DNA of 64,000 nt from Hemiscyllium ocellatum (lineage: Eukaryota). Of this stretch, positions 1 through 13,345 are shown piece after piece. Every line of letters starts with the position of its first letter. Position 1 is the first letter of the stretch. The notes under the pieces are model-generated. The model saw only the letters and a list, made by a program, of their open reading frames with translations, was not told where the DNA came from and searched no databases. The DNA lies in NCBI RefSeq assembly GCF_020745735.1, contig NC_083404.1, positions 100,191,731 through 100,255,730 of the forward strand. The letters are read 5' to 3'. The translations under genes and the position numbers were made by a program.

Positions 1-348
1 TCAAAAGTATTTCAATTCAAAGCTTTTATTGTATCCTCCAATAAAGCTACAAAAACCTCTCTCTCACTGGAGTAATAACATTACAAGCCAATATATTCTT
101 AAATTTAACCATATGTCAATACTGATTTAAATAAATGTGTCTTACGTTGACCACAATTAAGCAGAAAATTATATTAGTACCTCACTTTCTAGATTAAGTC
201 AAAATAACTAAACTAAAGCTTTGTTAATCATTAGCCTTCCTACAAGTCCACGCTGACAGTCTATTTGCTTTCTTTGTTTTCAATTTTTCCTCATGCTTCA
301 CTGGTCCCTAAAATTTCCCAATCTTTTGCCAAAACACTAATCTTCGCA

Positions 349-554
349 GTTAAAAATCCCACAACACCAGGTTATGGTCCAACTAGCTTTCGGAGTGACA
401 CTCCTTCATCAGATGGTTATAGCTACAACCACCTGATGACGATGCAGTGCTCTAAAAGCTAATGCTTCCAATTAAATCTGTTGGACTATAACCTGATGTT
501 GTGGGATATTTAACTTTGCACACTTCAGTCCAACACCAGCATCTCCATATCATG
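349..554. mobile_element. Penelope family-B terminal (pLTR) fragment, head-to-head inverted pair with two HHR motifs
   Basis: Minus-strand HHR at 381-415 (CTGATGA A GGAGT GTC ACTCC GAAA GC TA) and a decayed plus-strand HHR at 430-464. TSD actaatcttc(g/a)ca at 336-348 and 555-567. Confidence 0.8.
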
Positions 555-2149
555 ACTAATCTTCACAACATTATATGACTTCTCTTTCAATTTCATCTCA
601 TTCTTAATTTCTTTTGTTCATCATATATAGTTTATCATTCTCATAAGTTCTTATTTCTCAATGAAATATATCTGAGCGAAAACATATGAAGTACCTCCTT
701 AAATAGCTAACACTGCTTATCCACCATTTTATCCTTTTAAAATCTAGTTTTCAATCCAACCATTGCAATTGCCTTTATTTAAATGTAAGAACTAGTGTTT
801 GATCCAGGTTACTCACTATCAAACTGAATGTGAAATTTCAACCTGGTATAATTATTCTTCCAAGAGGATTCTTTACTGTAAGATAATTAATTAATCCTGT
901 CTCAGTACACATGATTGGACTTAAAATAACCTGTTACTTGTTTGGTTATACAATGCATCAGTCTAAGAAGCCGTTCGAAATACATTCTTTTACCAGACTT
1001 GGGTCTGGTTATATCAGTTGGCTAAATTGCTAGCATGCAGTGTGAAACAATGCAGCCAGTGCAGTTTCAATTCCTGTTACAACTGTGATAGGCTTGGGAT
1101 AAATGTCCTTACCCTGAGAGTGGAATATATCAGCATGCCATTGCTGACACAAGCCAACTATGCGAATTGTAAAGAACTTATGAGATGAAGTATGAAGATT
1201 GAAGTAGCAATAATTATTCTAACATCTTTCTGACATGCCCGAATTATTTCTTGATTTAAGCTTCATCCTGCAGGTAGGTACTATTCAGGGATTCATGGGC
1301 AACTCTGAATGATGACTTCTTTCCTTGTTATTGCTGACCTTCTCCCAAATGGACACCACATCTTAATTTTCTGAATCAACAGCCTTTCACATTACTGCAC
1401 TGAACTCATTGTACATTAAAGAGCTATTATATCTTATTTACCTTTCTGCCTGTTGTTCCAAAATGTCAAATATTACTGAATATTCAGTTCCCAGCCTTAT
1501 TAACCTTGCAATCATATCAATGTAATGGCCATTATCTCATGTCAATTTCTATTTATGCCATCATCATATCTACCTTTAATGTACTTTTGCACAAACAGTC
1601 TCTAATATTATCCTTTTGCCATCGAATATGATCATATTTCACTCCCCTGAAATTTCCCCTTCCTTCCCGTATATCTTGAACTAAATACTAGGAACAATAA
1701 AATTTATTATAACTCACACTAACATGCAGAGTTACAGCAGCACTTCAGCCTTTTTTTAAACTCGTCTTTTGATCTTTATAAATAAATGTAATTTTAGCTT
1801 GCGTGCAGTTAAGGACAGAAATTGGAAATAGGGGGCAGGCACAGAGAATGCCACATTCAGTGAAACTTAAATGCTTTGTTACAATATAGTAAATCAACTT
1901 GAAATCGGATTCACTTGGGAGTTGTCGAGGATTGCCTGCTTTGAAAGGATTGGGCAAATTATTTGGAAGGGTCAGCAAGGTGTCTGTAGCTGTTCAAAGT
2001 GCTGCAGGCTGAAAAAGTTTATTTGTATTTTCAGATGAGAAGCTGAGTCCAACATAACTAACAAGGAAATCATTGTGGTATGAATTAATCCTACAATATG
2101 GTAATCAATAATAGCTTTAACTGGCTATTAAAATGTACACTGGGGTTAT

Positions 2150-2460
2150 AATACTTTGCCTGTGAAACAGCATCAGGAATGCCAATGCTGGACACAAGAC
2201 TCTGCTAAGCGAGAGATATGGTTTACTTCAGGGGATGAAGTTTGGTGTAGGAACCACAGGAATGCGCCTTCATGGGTAAGGGGCATGATCGACATGAGGT
2301 CGGGTCCATTGACATATAAAGTTCAGATATTTGCAAACAGTGTGGGAGCAAAACATGCCTGGCTTCTCGATGGCCTTTCCGACTGCCCCGGAACCTGTGG
2401 GTTCTCTCTCTCCATCAAGCATTGGAGATACCTTGGAATCTAAGATGGTGACAGAAGATA
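2150..2460 (+). mobile_element. Gypsy (Mag/K02A2.6-like) pol C-terminal relic
   Basis: FTSGDEVWCRNHRNAPSWVRGMIDMRSGPLTYKVQI matches the F..GD.V..RN....W..G......GP.SY.V post-integrase motif. Confidence 0.7.
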
Positions 2461-2539
2461 TTACTACATCAACAACTTGCTATCTGAAGAAGAGAATGAA
2501 TTTCTTCTGAGACATTCTGGGTGCATGAGATCAAGCTAG

Positions 2540-3168
2540 TGTTCCAGTGCAATGATCCAGTGAAGCTCAATGCAAACTGGAGGAACAGCATCTCATCTTC
2601 CGACTAGGCATGTTACAGCCTGCTGGTCTCAACATTGAATTCAACAACTTCAGATGATTATCCCATTTCAACCCCTCTGTTTTCATTCAGCTCCGTAATT
2701 TTATTTCATTTATTTTATTTACCCCTTTAAAAATATTTTTCACTGTTCTGTACCTCTTTTTTTCTTGATTGTGTCTCTTTCTCTCTCGTTCCCCACTCTC
2801 TCATTACCTTTTTCCTCTCCTCTTCCCCCCTTGCTACCCTTCTCCCCTGTTTTCCATTTTGCCTCAGCTTCACCCATTCCCCCCTATCCCCCCCATATTT
2901 TGTCACATAGCACCGGCTTCAGCCTTGGTCATTCACAGCTCCTAATCTCCCTATAATCTCTCTATGCACTGTCATTATCACCTCTTTATTGCTATCTTTG
3001 CTTCTGGAGCCATGACTCACCTTCTCTCAGCCTAGCATAAATACCTCCCTATTTCTCCCTTTTTTTTTAGCTTTGACAAAGGGTCAGTTAGACTTGAAAC
3101 GTCAGCTCCTTTCTCTCATTACAGATGCTGCCAGACCTGCTGAGATTTTCCAGCATTTTCTCTTTTGG
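2540..3168 (+). mobile_element. Penelope 3' fragment: end of GIY-YIG, pyrimidine-rich UTR and decayed HHR
   Basis: Encodes EAQCKLEEQHLIFRLGMLQPAGLNIEFNNFR*. Decayed HHR agct-ttgacaa-a-gggtc..gactt-gaaacgtc-agct at about 3069-3107, followed by the cagatgctgccagacctgctgag tail. Confidence 0.75.
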
Positions 3169-3169
3169 C

Positions 3170-3650
3170 AAGGATATGTACTTCCGTTAGCCCACCTTGT
3201 AGGTCGTATGCTCCGCTTGCTGCATTTTCCAATGACAAAGCCTAGTCGTAATGCCTGTTTGAAGTCCAATTGGGCTTCAGCTAGTAGGTGCTTTTGCACG
3301 GATAAATCTTTAATCTCACATACCAAATGGTCTCTCCCCACTTCATTGAGGAATAAACCATAGTTACATGTATCTGCCAGTTGTCTTAACCTCGTCGAAA
3401 ATCCCAATATGGATTCCCCTGATTTGCACTCTTGTCTCATTGTTTTGTGGAGTGGGAATTTCAGGTAAAAATTTGGGCCTGGTTGGCTGGATATCTGAGT
3501 TTTAGCCAGTACAATCTTTCACCTCTAATTGTGTGGGTTACACATGAGAGACGTTGCACTCTACTGCCTGAAATTGTAATGCACAAAACTATACCCAACT
3601 GCTGGCAATATTTGTCTCATGCAGATTTAATTAAATGTGCTGTCTGGTAA
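3170..3650 (-). mobile_element. Gypsy (Mag-like) gag relic
   Basis: KSGESILGFSTRLRQLADTCNYGLFLNEVGRDHLVCEIKDLSVQKHLLAEAQLDFKQAL is a typical Mag-clade gag motif. Confidence 0.75.
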
Positions 3651-4169
3651 TGGAATCAAGTGAGTTTTAAACTCAAACCAGTTAACGTCAGTCTTATTAC
3701 TAATTGGTTTGTCATTTTCTTCATGTTGTGGTTGACTGTTGGTAAGTGGAAAGTTATAATACAATAAAGTTGGTGTTGGCTCAGGAAACGTAGGAAGATA
3801 GCATAGAAGTTATCAGATTTTGAGTCAGAGAAAAATAAAGCATGAATCAATGGATTTATGACTATAATGCATAAACATTGATAAAGACTACTTGTGGGGG
3901 TGCTGCACTAAACTAATCCCATTTCATAGCATTTCAAGACAAGTGACAAGTAATTAAATAAACTCGGCATCTATTCGCTAACTTGACTTCATAAGGCCTT
4001 GAGAATCTGGAGGTCTGAGCCATTGATCTGGCTGTCCATTACTCATGACTCCCTGGTTTGTGACCAACCATTTTTGCACATATAAAATAAATATATGCCA
4101 TGATAATCATTAATAGAAGGTACCAGTAGATGTATCTAATTTAACAATTTTTATTATAATTATTTAAAC

Positions 4170-5045
4170 AACTTAAACTGTTATAGCACCTTTAATATAA
4201 CTAAATATCACAAAACACTTTCCATTGTAAGACAAGGTATGATACTGACTCACATAAGAAGATATTAAATCAGATGACCATAAAATTGAGTCAAAGCTGT
4301 AGGCCTGATGGAGATTCTTAACACAGGAAAGCCAAATACCAAAGCAGAGAATTGTTAGGGTGAGTAATTCTGAACATGAACTCTAAACAAACAAAAACCT
4401 CAGTACCAATAGTGGATCAGTTAAAATTAGCAAGGCACAGGATGCCAGGTGTTGAAGTGTCCAGATACTTTGGAAGGTTGTGGGACTGGAGAAGTTTTTA
4501 TAAAGAAAGGCAAGACTAAGCCCATGGATGAATGTGAAAACAATAAAGTTGACTTGGTGAGGAACTAATGTGTTCAACTAACTCAGTGGTGATAGAGGAA
4601 TGAGTCTTGATGCAATTTAAGACATGTGAAAAGCAGAATTTTGGGTAAGCTCAAGTTTATAGAGAGTAGAAAATGGGAGACCAACCTGGACAATGTTGGA
4701 ATTGTCAAACTTGGAGATGCTAAAGGCATGAATTAAGGTTTTGGTGATGGATGAGCTGAGATAAGGGTAAAGTTGGACAGTCTACTGCAAGTGGAAATGG
4801 GAGGCCTTAGTGATAACATGAATATAAATTAGTTTGTTAGGATCAAATGCGATGCCAAGGCTAGGAGCAGTCTGCCTTAAGCTCAAGCTGTCGCCCAGGA
4901 GATGGGTGGAGTCAGTAGTGCGAATGAAGAGTAAGCGATGAAAACAATGATTGAATACAGTGTTCCCAGTATTTAATTGGAAGAAATTTCTGCTCATGCG
5001 GTATTGGATTTCGGACGTGCAGTCTCATAATTTTTGAAGTCAGCT
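4170..5045 (-). mobile_element. L2-clade LINE 3' fragment (old)
   Basis: MSRNFFQLNTG..SLGIAFDP..HVITKASHFHL resembles the L2 RT C-terminus. L2-type 3' tail near 4180. Confidence 0.7.
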
Positions 5046-8010
5046 GATGGTTTATATTTCCAAATTCATCATGTTCACTTTATATTTTCTACGAAAGGCC
5101 TTTGGCACAGTCGCTGTGATTCTCAATCCAAGAAAGTAAAACAGAGTGATACCAGAGCGGAAAGAACAATGTAACTTTATGGAATGGCCAGTAGGAGGCA
5201 TGCACTGTCCATAAATGTGTGAGCCAAGTTTTCCCTTTCCAGCCAATAGCTGTTATTTGATCGTGAAATGTCCCACTGTGTGGTACAGCAGAAAATTGAC
5301 CAAATTACTGATGCATTTGTCACAAAGGTTGAAATCAGAGCCTGGAAGTGCAGCATGTGATCCGGATACGTCCTGAAATTATCCTGCTGCTACACAAGCA
5401 GACTGATTGCCTGCTGCTCTTTTCAAGACAATCTGAAGGAGCAAAAACCTTATAATTTAAATCCTTGTCTGCCAAACAGGTTATTGGAGCACAGCTCTTT
5501 TAACCTGTTTGTGGAACTGTATTCCATAAGATTTTAAATGTTCAGAACTGTTTTCAATCTACAAGACATGAAGCAGTTTTTCACTTCCTGCCTCTTTTAG
5601 ACAACTTGACCACTGAACCTAGTCCCAGGAATGGAAAAACTGAGCATGAAAAGTAGCTATACATGACTTCCAGCTGGCTGATAGATAGTTTCTTGTGAGT
5701 CATATATTTTTCAACAAAAAAGCCTGGAGAATATCAGCAATTAAAGTGGAAAAAATGCAACCTGGGTGGTTTTAGTTGGAACACAGCACTTATAATGACA
5801 GTGGATAGGGTAGGAGGAGGGATTCCAATTTCACAGTCTTTATACTGATAGCTCACAGAGTTTGATTACAAGCCAAACATTGACTGATTTTTACTTAAGC
5901 ATGTAAAGATTCATGCTATGATCATCTGCATTTAATAAGCAAACAACAAATGCTTAGACATACATTAATGCATATACATTTATAAATATAATTACACATA
6001 TAATCTACACATTTTGATATGATCCCAGCTGATGCTCACACCAAACAGGTCAGATCCAAAAATGAAACCTGACTTGATAGAGCATGCATTTTGCAATTTG
6101 TTTACCGTGGCCCTCAGTCACTGAATATATTCACAAGAGGCTGCCAGTACAATTTTAACAAAAGAAATGCAAAGCTTGTTCCAAGTAAAAGGGAATAAGC
6201 TCATCTATTTTAGATTAGAAGAACTATTTAAAATGACTGTTATTGCAAATATTAGAAATAAAATGTCAACAATTCTGACTATCAAAACAATATTACAGAT
6301 AGACAAACCTCAGTGATGGCTTACCTTCTTTCTACTTCAACATTTCTCGTTTGGTTGACATAACTATACCTTGTTTCTTTCTGTGTTCACACCATCTTCC
6401 TTAGTTAATGTATCATCATGATACTTTTAAACAAATATTAACAAGGTTCACTTAATTCTTAACATAGATTCCTTAAACTCCTCTTCCAAACCCTTCTCTT
6501 TTGTGAGCTTTCTCATACAGGTATCAAACCACTCAGGACTTCTTTTCTCCAGCCCTAACTGTTTGGGAGATGGCTAAACTGCACAGTTACTCTTTCAGGC
6601 CTTTCTCCACGAATGATATGCTCTCTCACTGATTTTCTAGGTGCTCCTACATTTCTAAAAGGAAACTGCTTCTGCCTCTATTTCCATATGTCATATGGCA
6701 CTTCATGAAAGACATAAGACAACAGTCCTTTTATTTCTCTTCTACTCTTCATTTTCTACAACACTGAATGATTCACCTCAAAGGTTTTTATAAAATCTCA
6801 TTAAAATTGTTGTTAACAAATTTCCAGACAATCCACCTACATTCACAGATGTAAGAAACAAAACCATGTCCTTTCCTTTGGAATGCACACATTATTGAAT
6901 TGATAATCCAATTTAAAGATGTACATGATTCTGTTGATTTCAGAATGCAAGTTTCCTAATAACGCATCATGAATTTTTATCAAACAATTGACTGTTCTGG
7001 CAAGTTGGAAATCATTTACCCACAGATCCTCAGTCATTCTGATTAGTAAAATAAGACATTTTTGTTATGCTTTTCCTATTTTTAAAATATAGGGTTATAG
7101 TCATACTCATGATACTTTAAAACAAACATATACTTGGGATGTGTGTGTTTCGGACAAAACCAACATTTCTAAACCATCCCTATTTGTCCTTGCGGAGTTG
7201 GTGCTGAACTTCCTTCAAGAACAGCTGCAGTGAATGTGGAATGGGTGCATCCACAGAGATGCCTGGGAGGAGATCTCAGGATTTTTATCCACTAACAGTG
7301 CAGGAATGGCAATGTTTATTCAAAAGAGAAGAAAACCAAAAGCAGTAGACTACAGGCCAGTTAGCCTAAAATCTGTCAAAGTGAAGACGTTTAAATCCAT
7401 TATTAAAAATGTTACAACAAGCTACATAAAAAAAGTTAATCAGGCAGTTTTTGTCAAAGGAAGCTATATTCAACCAAGTTATTGGAATTCTTGAAGAAGT
7501 GACATGCACCCCAGATAAAGGGGAATTAGTGGATATTCTGTGCTTAAATTTGGAGAAGTCATTTGATATGTGCCACGTCAAAGATAGCTGTGATAAAGTA
7601 AAAGTTCATGCACTTGGTGATATAATATTAGCCTGGATTGGCTAGTTACTGGGAAAACAGAAAGTTGACCTAAATCAGTCATTTTCAGAAAATAAATGGG
7701 CCATGTTCAGTGAATAAATTAGTTATTTTCAAGTTGGCAAGGTGTAATGACATGTGTACCACAATGTGTTGTGGCCTCAACATTTTACAATCCAAATCAA
7801 CATCTTCATGAAGGGATCAAAGATAAGGCTGCAAAGTTTGCTGATGACACATAGATAGGTAGGAGAATAAGTTGTGAAAAGAAGTGTGAAATTGCATGAG
7901 GTTAGAGGTAATTTAGCATGGATAGAGGATTGGCTAACCAACAGAAAGCAGAGAGTCAGGATAAATGAGTCTTCTTCAGGCTTGCAATATGTAATTAGTG
8001 GGGCACCACA

Positions 8011-8321
8011 ATTACAACCACAGATTATGGCAGTGGTCGGTGAGCCTGGAGTGGGATTCTGGCGGTGGCATTAAGGGTGTTGGTGGAGGGGTGAGTACGG
8101 GACCCAGTACTGGCTGTCATGTTAGCAGAGGCAACATCGGCGTTGAACCAGTGATGAAAGTTGGCGCCGGAGGATTAGCGAATTTGATATCGGTCGGGTC
8201 CAGTTTTGGCAGCAGCAAAATTCAAAATGGTTCCAGATCATGGTGACAGTAGAAGGATTTCATTGTATTTTACTGTAATTTTCACTGTGGAATACATATA
8301 ACAATAAAATCATTCATTCAT
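8011..8321 (+). mobile_element. Unclassified non-autonomous element with a Rex1-like 3' tail
   Basis: GC-rich body ending ttttcactgtggaatacatataacaataaaat(catt)n, inserted in CR1 at the PQ|G codons. Related minus-strand copies at about 14460-15020 and 38505-39140. Confidence 0.45.
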
Positions 8322-8566
8322 TTGCAAGATTTAAAAAAAACAAATCATGGATGCTGGAAATCAGAACCGAAAACAGAAATTGCTGACAAAGTTCAGCAGG
8401 TCTGTCAGCATCTGTACTGCAAATCAGAGTTAACATTTTGGGTTCCGTGACCCTTCTTCAGAACTGTTCTGAAGGGAGGGTCACCGAATCCAAAATAATA
8501 ACTCTGATTTCTCTCCACAGATGCTGCCAGACTTCCTGAGATTTTCCAGCAATTTCTGGTTTTGTT
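8322..8566. mobile_element. Penelope family-C pLTR palindrome with two decayed HHRs
   Basis: Inverted repeat centred on cttcagaac-t-gttctgaag (about 8465). Minus arm reads GTT CTGAAGA A GGGT..ACCC aAAA TG TT AAC. TSD tcattcattcat at 8310-8321 and 8567-8578. Confidence 0.7.
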
Positions 8567-8618
8567 TCATTCATTCATAAGGTTTGCTCCTTGAGGACCA
8601 AACTATTTATGATCTATG

Positions 8619-8713
8619 CTGAAAATGTGTTGCTGGTTAAAGCGCAGCAGGTCAGGCAGCATCCAAGGAACAAGAAATTTGACATTTCGGGCAAAAGCCC
8701 TTCATCAGGAATC
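8619..8713 (-). mobile_element. 95-bp Penelope family-A HHR insert
   Basis: Minus strand reads gattc CTGATGA A GGGC TTTT GCCC GAAA TG TC. Perfect 16-bp TSD ctatttatgatctatg at 8603-8618 and 8714-8729, inside CR1. Confidence 0.85.
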
Positions 8714-11171
8714 CTATTTATGATCTATGGTAATGACATGAATATAGGGATAGGAAATACTATAGTCAAATTTGCAGATGACTGTAAAATAAATGGGAAA
8801 GTAAATTGCAATGCAGAAATAAGAAATTTATAAATGGATGAAGATAGGTATGGTGAATGGGCCAAAATTTGGCAGATGTAGTTTAATGTGTGCAAGTGTG
8901 AGCTTATTTATTTTGTTTGGAAGAATAGAAAAGCGACTTATGATCTAAATGGACAGAAAGGTCAGAGTCCTTCAGTGCAGAGGGATGTGGGTGCCCTCAT
9001 GCTTGTATCGCAGAAAACTAACATGCAGGTACCGCAAGTAATAAGAAAGGGAAATGGAATTTATATTTAATGTGCACATATTAAAAGTAGCGAAGCATTG
9101 CTGCAGCTGTATAAGGTATTAATGAGACCAAACCCATATTGCGTCCAATCTCTGGAGTGCTGTTCTGATTGGAGGCAATTCAGAGGACATTCGCTAGATT
9201 GATTTCAGAGGGAAAGGGCTTGTCTTACAAAGAGAGATTGAGTAGTTCAGACCTGTACTCTATAGAGTTAAGAACAATGAGAGGAGATCAAGTTGAGGTA
9301 CATAGGTTGCTACAGTGGATTGACAAAGTAGATGCAGACAGAATGTTCCCTCTTGTGGGGCAATTGAGAATGAGCGGTCATAGTTTTAGGATAAGGGAAA
9401 GCAGATTTAAAATGGAGGTAGGAAGAAATTACTTCTTTTAAAAGGTCATTAATCTGTGGAATTTATTACGGCTGAGTGTGGTGGATTTCAGAACATTGAG
9501 TAAATTTAGAAAGTGGTAGACAGACTTTTAATCAGTAATGGGTTGAACTGATATTGAGAACAGACAGGAAAGTCAAATCGATGCTGAGATGAAATCAGCC
9601 ATGATCATATTAAAAAGCAGAAACAAGCTTGAGGGGCTGAATTCCTCTAACAGTACTACATCTTTTATTCATTGGTCAAAAAATGAACTGAGTTTCTCAC
9701 TAGGGCACTGGTGAGTTGTCATTGAAGGGAAATGTTGCTTGTTAAGCACCTTATTAATGGCACAACTCATCTCATTAGTATTCAGTTTCTGATCTTACCA
9801 AACATCCCAGACAAACGAGACATCAAGAATTCTTGGTATGCAGGTCAGAATGGATAGCTGGCAACTTCAGTTGATGTCCGGTCCCAAATTAACTCCACAT
9901 TGCGCTCTGGACGCCAACATCTTGGGACTTGCACCATGGTGACTGGCCACATTCACCCCAGGTCCATGGACATTGGCTCTGACATTTGTCAACCTCTGAG
10001 TACTCTCTTTGCTCATTTTAGTGGTTGCATGCTGCACCTTGAGCTGCACCAACAACTACCATTGTAATGCTGTGGTAAGGACACTGTGTGCTCAGTGACA
10101 TGCACCCAGTTCATGGACTGCACCAGGTTGCATCTCTGTGTTTTTCACTTGCTCTCATTCACTCACATTGAGATCACCTGGATACTAATGGCCGCTGTGC
10201 CTTGCATTGTCTTTTTTGTGCTTTGCCATCTCAGCCAGAGATATCAGAGTTTTTATTACTCCTATTTGCTTTTGTGCATTTAGAGCTGACACAAAGCAAG
10301 GAGGGTTATCATGGTAATCATCAGGCCTCTGTCAAGTCCAGACAAGGGAAGTATTTCGCTTGGGGGGGACCCAGCACAGTAAGTCAAGGGCAGTTTCTGA
10401 TATCAGTCCTGGGGTTTGGATATGGTCAATCAGCCATGCAGGATGATCAGAGTCAGGATGTTAAATGTAAAAGGAGTGAGAAGCTTAATGGAGGACAGCC
10501 CATCTCTTTCTGCTCTATTATGGACAATTTTCCACCTGGAATGACAAAGAGGCAAACATCAAGGGAGACAAAATTGGGTGCTACAGTGATTATTTTTGGT
10601 TCAGATGGGGAGGTGTCTGAAACAAATGAGTAGGCAGCAGCGAGGGCTTACAGGGTGAGTGTTTTTGGGAGGAAAACTGCTAGTCATGGGACAGAGGACA
10701 TCCTGCATCTTTCATCATCCCATTTACTTGGAGCTGTAGGTCCCTGTCTGCAAAACGGGCCACCAATTTCCCCTTGTCTATCCTGCCTGAAGCAAATATC
10801 AAGGATTGTGCAAGGCAGCTTCTCAGGGTACATAACAGGCTTTTGTAGATGGCCTGGGCACAAGCATTCTAGTCTTTTTGCAGATATTTGGTGAGCGGTG
10901 AGTTGTTAAAGGAATGGCGCGTGGTAAGATATGGATAAATTCAAATATAAAGGACAATGTGGAGGTGAAGTCAGTATTTAATAAGCTGAGTTTAGTAAGG
11001 TATGGTAGGAAATCTTACTACACTCGTAGAAAGAAGCTCTCTGAAAAATTGAAACATTACCTACCTTTAGCAAAAGCAATGGGCTTTTGGACTGATGGCT
11101 AAAAACATTTTTAGTAGGTTTCTTTTGAGGCTGGAATCATAAGGGAGGTAATTCCAGAGTTTGGGTGTCTG

Positions 11172-12413
11172 AACTTGATTGAGTGGTTTGAGTAATTAAC
11201 AAAGAGGATTGATGAGGGCAGAGTGGTAGATGTGATCTATATGAACTTCAGTAAAGCATTCAACAAGGTTCCCCATGGGAGACTGATTAGCAAGGTTAGA
11301 TCTCACGGAATACAGGGAGAACTAGCCATTTGGATACAGAATTGGCTCAAAGGTAGAAGACAGAGGGTGATGGTGAAGGGTTGTTCTTCAGACTGGAAGC
11401 CTGTGACCAAAGGAGTGCCACAAGGATCAGTGCTGGATCCCCTACTTTTCGTCATTTACATAAATGATTTGGATGCGAGCATGAGAGGTATAGTTAGTAA
11501 GTTTGCAGATGACACCAAAATTGGAGGTGTAGCTGACAGCGAAGAGGGTTACCTCAGATTACAACAGGATCTGGACCAGATGGGCCAATGGGCTGAGAAG
11601 TGGCAGATGGAGTTTAATTCCGATAAATGCGAGGTGCTGCATTTTGGGAAAGCAAATCTTAGCAGGACTTATACACTTAATGGGAAGATCCTAGGGAGTG
11701 TTGCTGAAACTTGGAGTGCAGGTTCATAGCTCCTTGAAAGTGAAGCTGCAGGTAGACAGGACAGTGAAGAGGCATTTGGTATGCTTTCCTTTATTGGTCA
11801 GAGTATTGAGTACAGGAGTTGGGAGGTCATGTTGTGGCTGTACAGGACATTGGTTAGGCCACTGTTGGAATATTGTGTGCATTTCTGGTCTCCTTCCTAT
11901 AGGAAAGATGTTGCAAAATATGAAAGGGTTTAGAAAAGATTTACAAGGATGTTGCCAGGGTTGGAGGATTTGAGCTCTAGGGAGAGGCTGACCAGGCTGG
12001 GGCTGTTTTCCCTGGAGCGTCGGAGGCTGAGGGGTGACCTTATAGAGGTTTACAAAATTATAAGGGGCATGGATAGGGTAAATAGGCGAAGTCTTTTCCT
12101 TGGGGTGAGGGAGTCCAGAACTAGAGGGCATAGGTTTAGGGTGAGAAGGGAAAGATATGAAAGAGACCTATGGGGCAACCTTTTCACACAGAGAGTGGTA
12201 CATGTATGGAATGAGCTACCAGAGGAAGTGGTGGAGTCTGGAACAATTGCAACATTTAAAAGGTATTTGGATGGGTATATGAATAGGAAGGGTTTGGAGC
12301 GATATGGGCCGGGTGCTGGCAGGTGGGACTAGATTGGGTTGGGATATCTGGTCAACATGGATGGGTTGGACCGAAGGGTCTGTTTCCATGCTGTGCATCT
12401 CTCTGACTCTGAC
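11172..12413 (+). mobile_element. 5'-truncated young CR1 LINE (HER1-like), inserted in an old minus-strand L2
   Basis: RT motifs VDVIYM.FSKAF.KVPH, GVPQGSVL.P.LF.IYINDL and KFADDTK, with frameshifts and a (tgactc)n tail. L2 remnants flank it at about 11120-11170 and 12415-12900. Confidence 0.93.
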
Positions 12414-13014
12414 TTGAGGCACATACACAAACATTAGATAATTAAAATGAGGGATGCTCAAATGGCCAGAATTAAAGGTGTAGACAGTGGTAGGCCTTTT
12501 GCCCGAAATTTCGATTTTGCTGCACCTTGGATGCTGCCTGAACTGCTGTGTTCTTTCAGCACCACTAATCCAGAAAGTGACAGGGAGGGGCAAAGTTATA
12601 AAGGAACTTGTAAACAAGCATGAAAATACTAAAATTGAAGTCTTGTTTAATGGGAACAAATTAGAATAAAGACAAGAATGACATGTAAATCGGGCATGGT
12701 ATGATGAAGAATACTGGAGAGAGATTTCAGTTTCCTCAAATTTAAAGTGTGTGAGGACTTTCATCCTTGAATATGTTGAAATAGGCAAGTCTAGGGGTAA
12801 CAAAAGGCGTGGATGGGATTTTAATCAGGAATAGTGATAGATTTTCATGATATTTCAGAGGAAGAAATAGGTGATTTTAGCAATGTTGTTCGATTCTCTG
12901 AGAAGATCCCACTTCACAGTTTAAAGAAATGAATAACTATCCTCCCTCATCCAATATCACCCAAAGTAATTATCTACTAATATAGGTATATATTAGTGTC
13001 ATGTTCAATGACAG

Positions 13015-13345
13015 AGCTCACCTCTCAATCAAAAGGCTTGGGAATTTCGAGGCACAAACCAGAGATTTGAGCACATAATGTTGAATCATCAGCTACTTCC
13101 TGGCTGCATTTACAGCAAATCAGACGTTAAGCTGAGGTTTCATTCATCTCTTTGCAAATTAAAATATACCAGGTCATTTTTCAAAGAAAAACAGGCAAGT
13201 TTGCTCTTGACCAACATTACTAAAAATAAAATATTATCTGATCATTTACCTTATTGTTTGGATTACCTTACTGTGTGAAAACAGTTTGCCATATGACAAC
13301 CAAGACTACACCCTGAAAACTTTTTGATTGACTGTCATATATCAT
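13015..13345 (+). mobile_element. Degenerate DeuSINE (SacSINE1/AmnSINE-like)
   Basis: Colinear remnants ttgagcacataat..agacgttaagctgagg..aaagaaaaacagg..attatctgatcatt..gactacac match my recalled Deu-domain SINE consensus. Confidence 0.55.

Larger units (their letters stand above)
7310..9655 (+). mobile_element. Cluster of degenerate CR1 LINE ORF2 fragments, interrupted by three insertions
   Basis: YRPVSL, WIEDWL.NRKQRV, GAPQ|G..LGP.LFMIY.ND, KFADD and a CR1 3' tail near 9600. Split at about 8011-8578 and 8619-8713. Confidence 0.8.
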
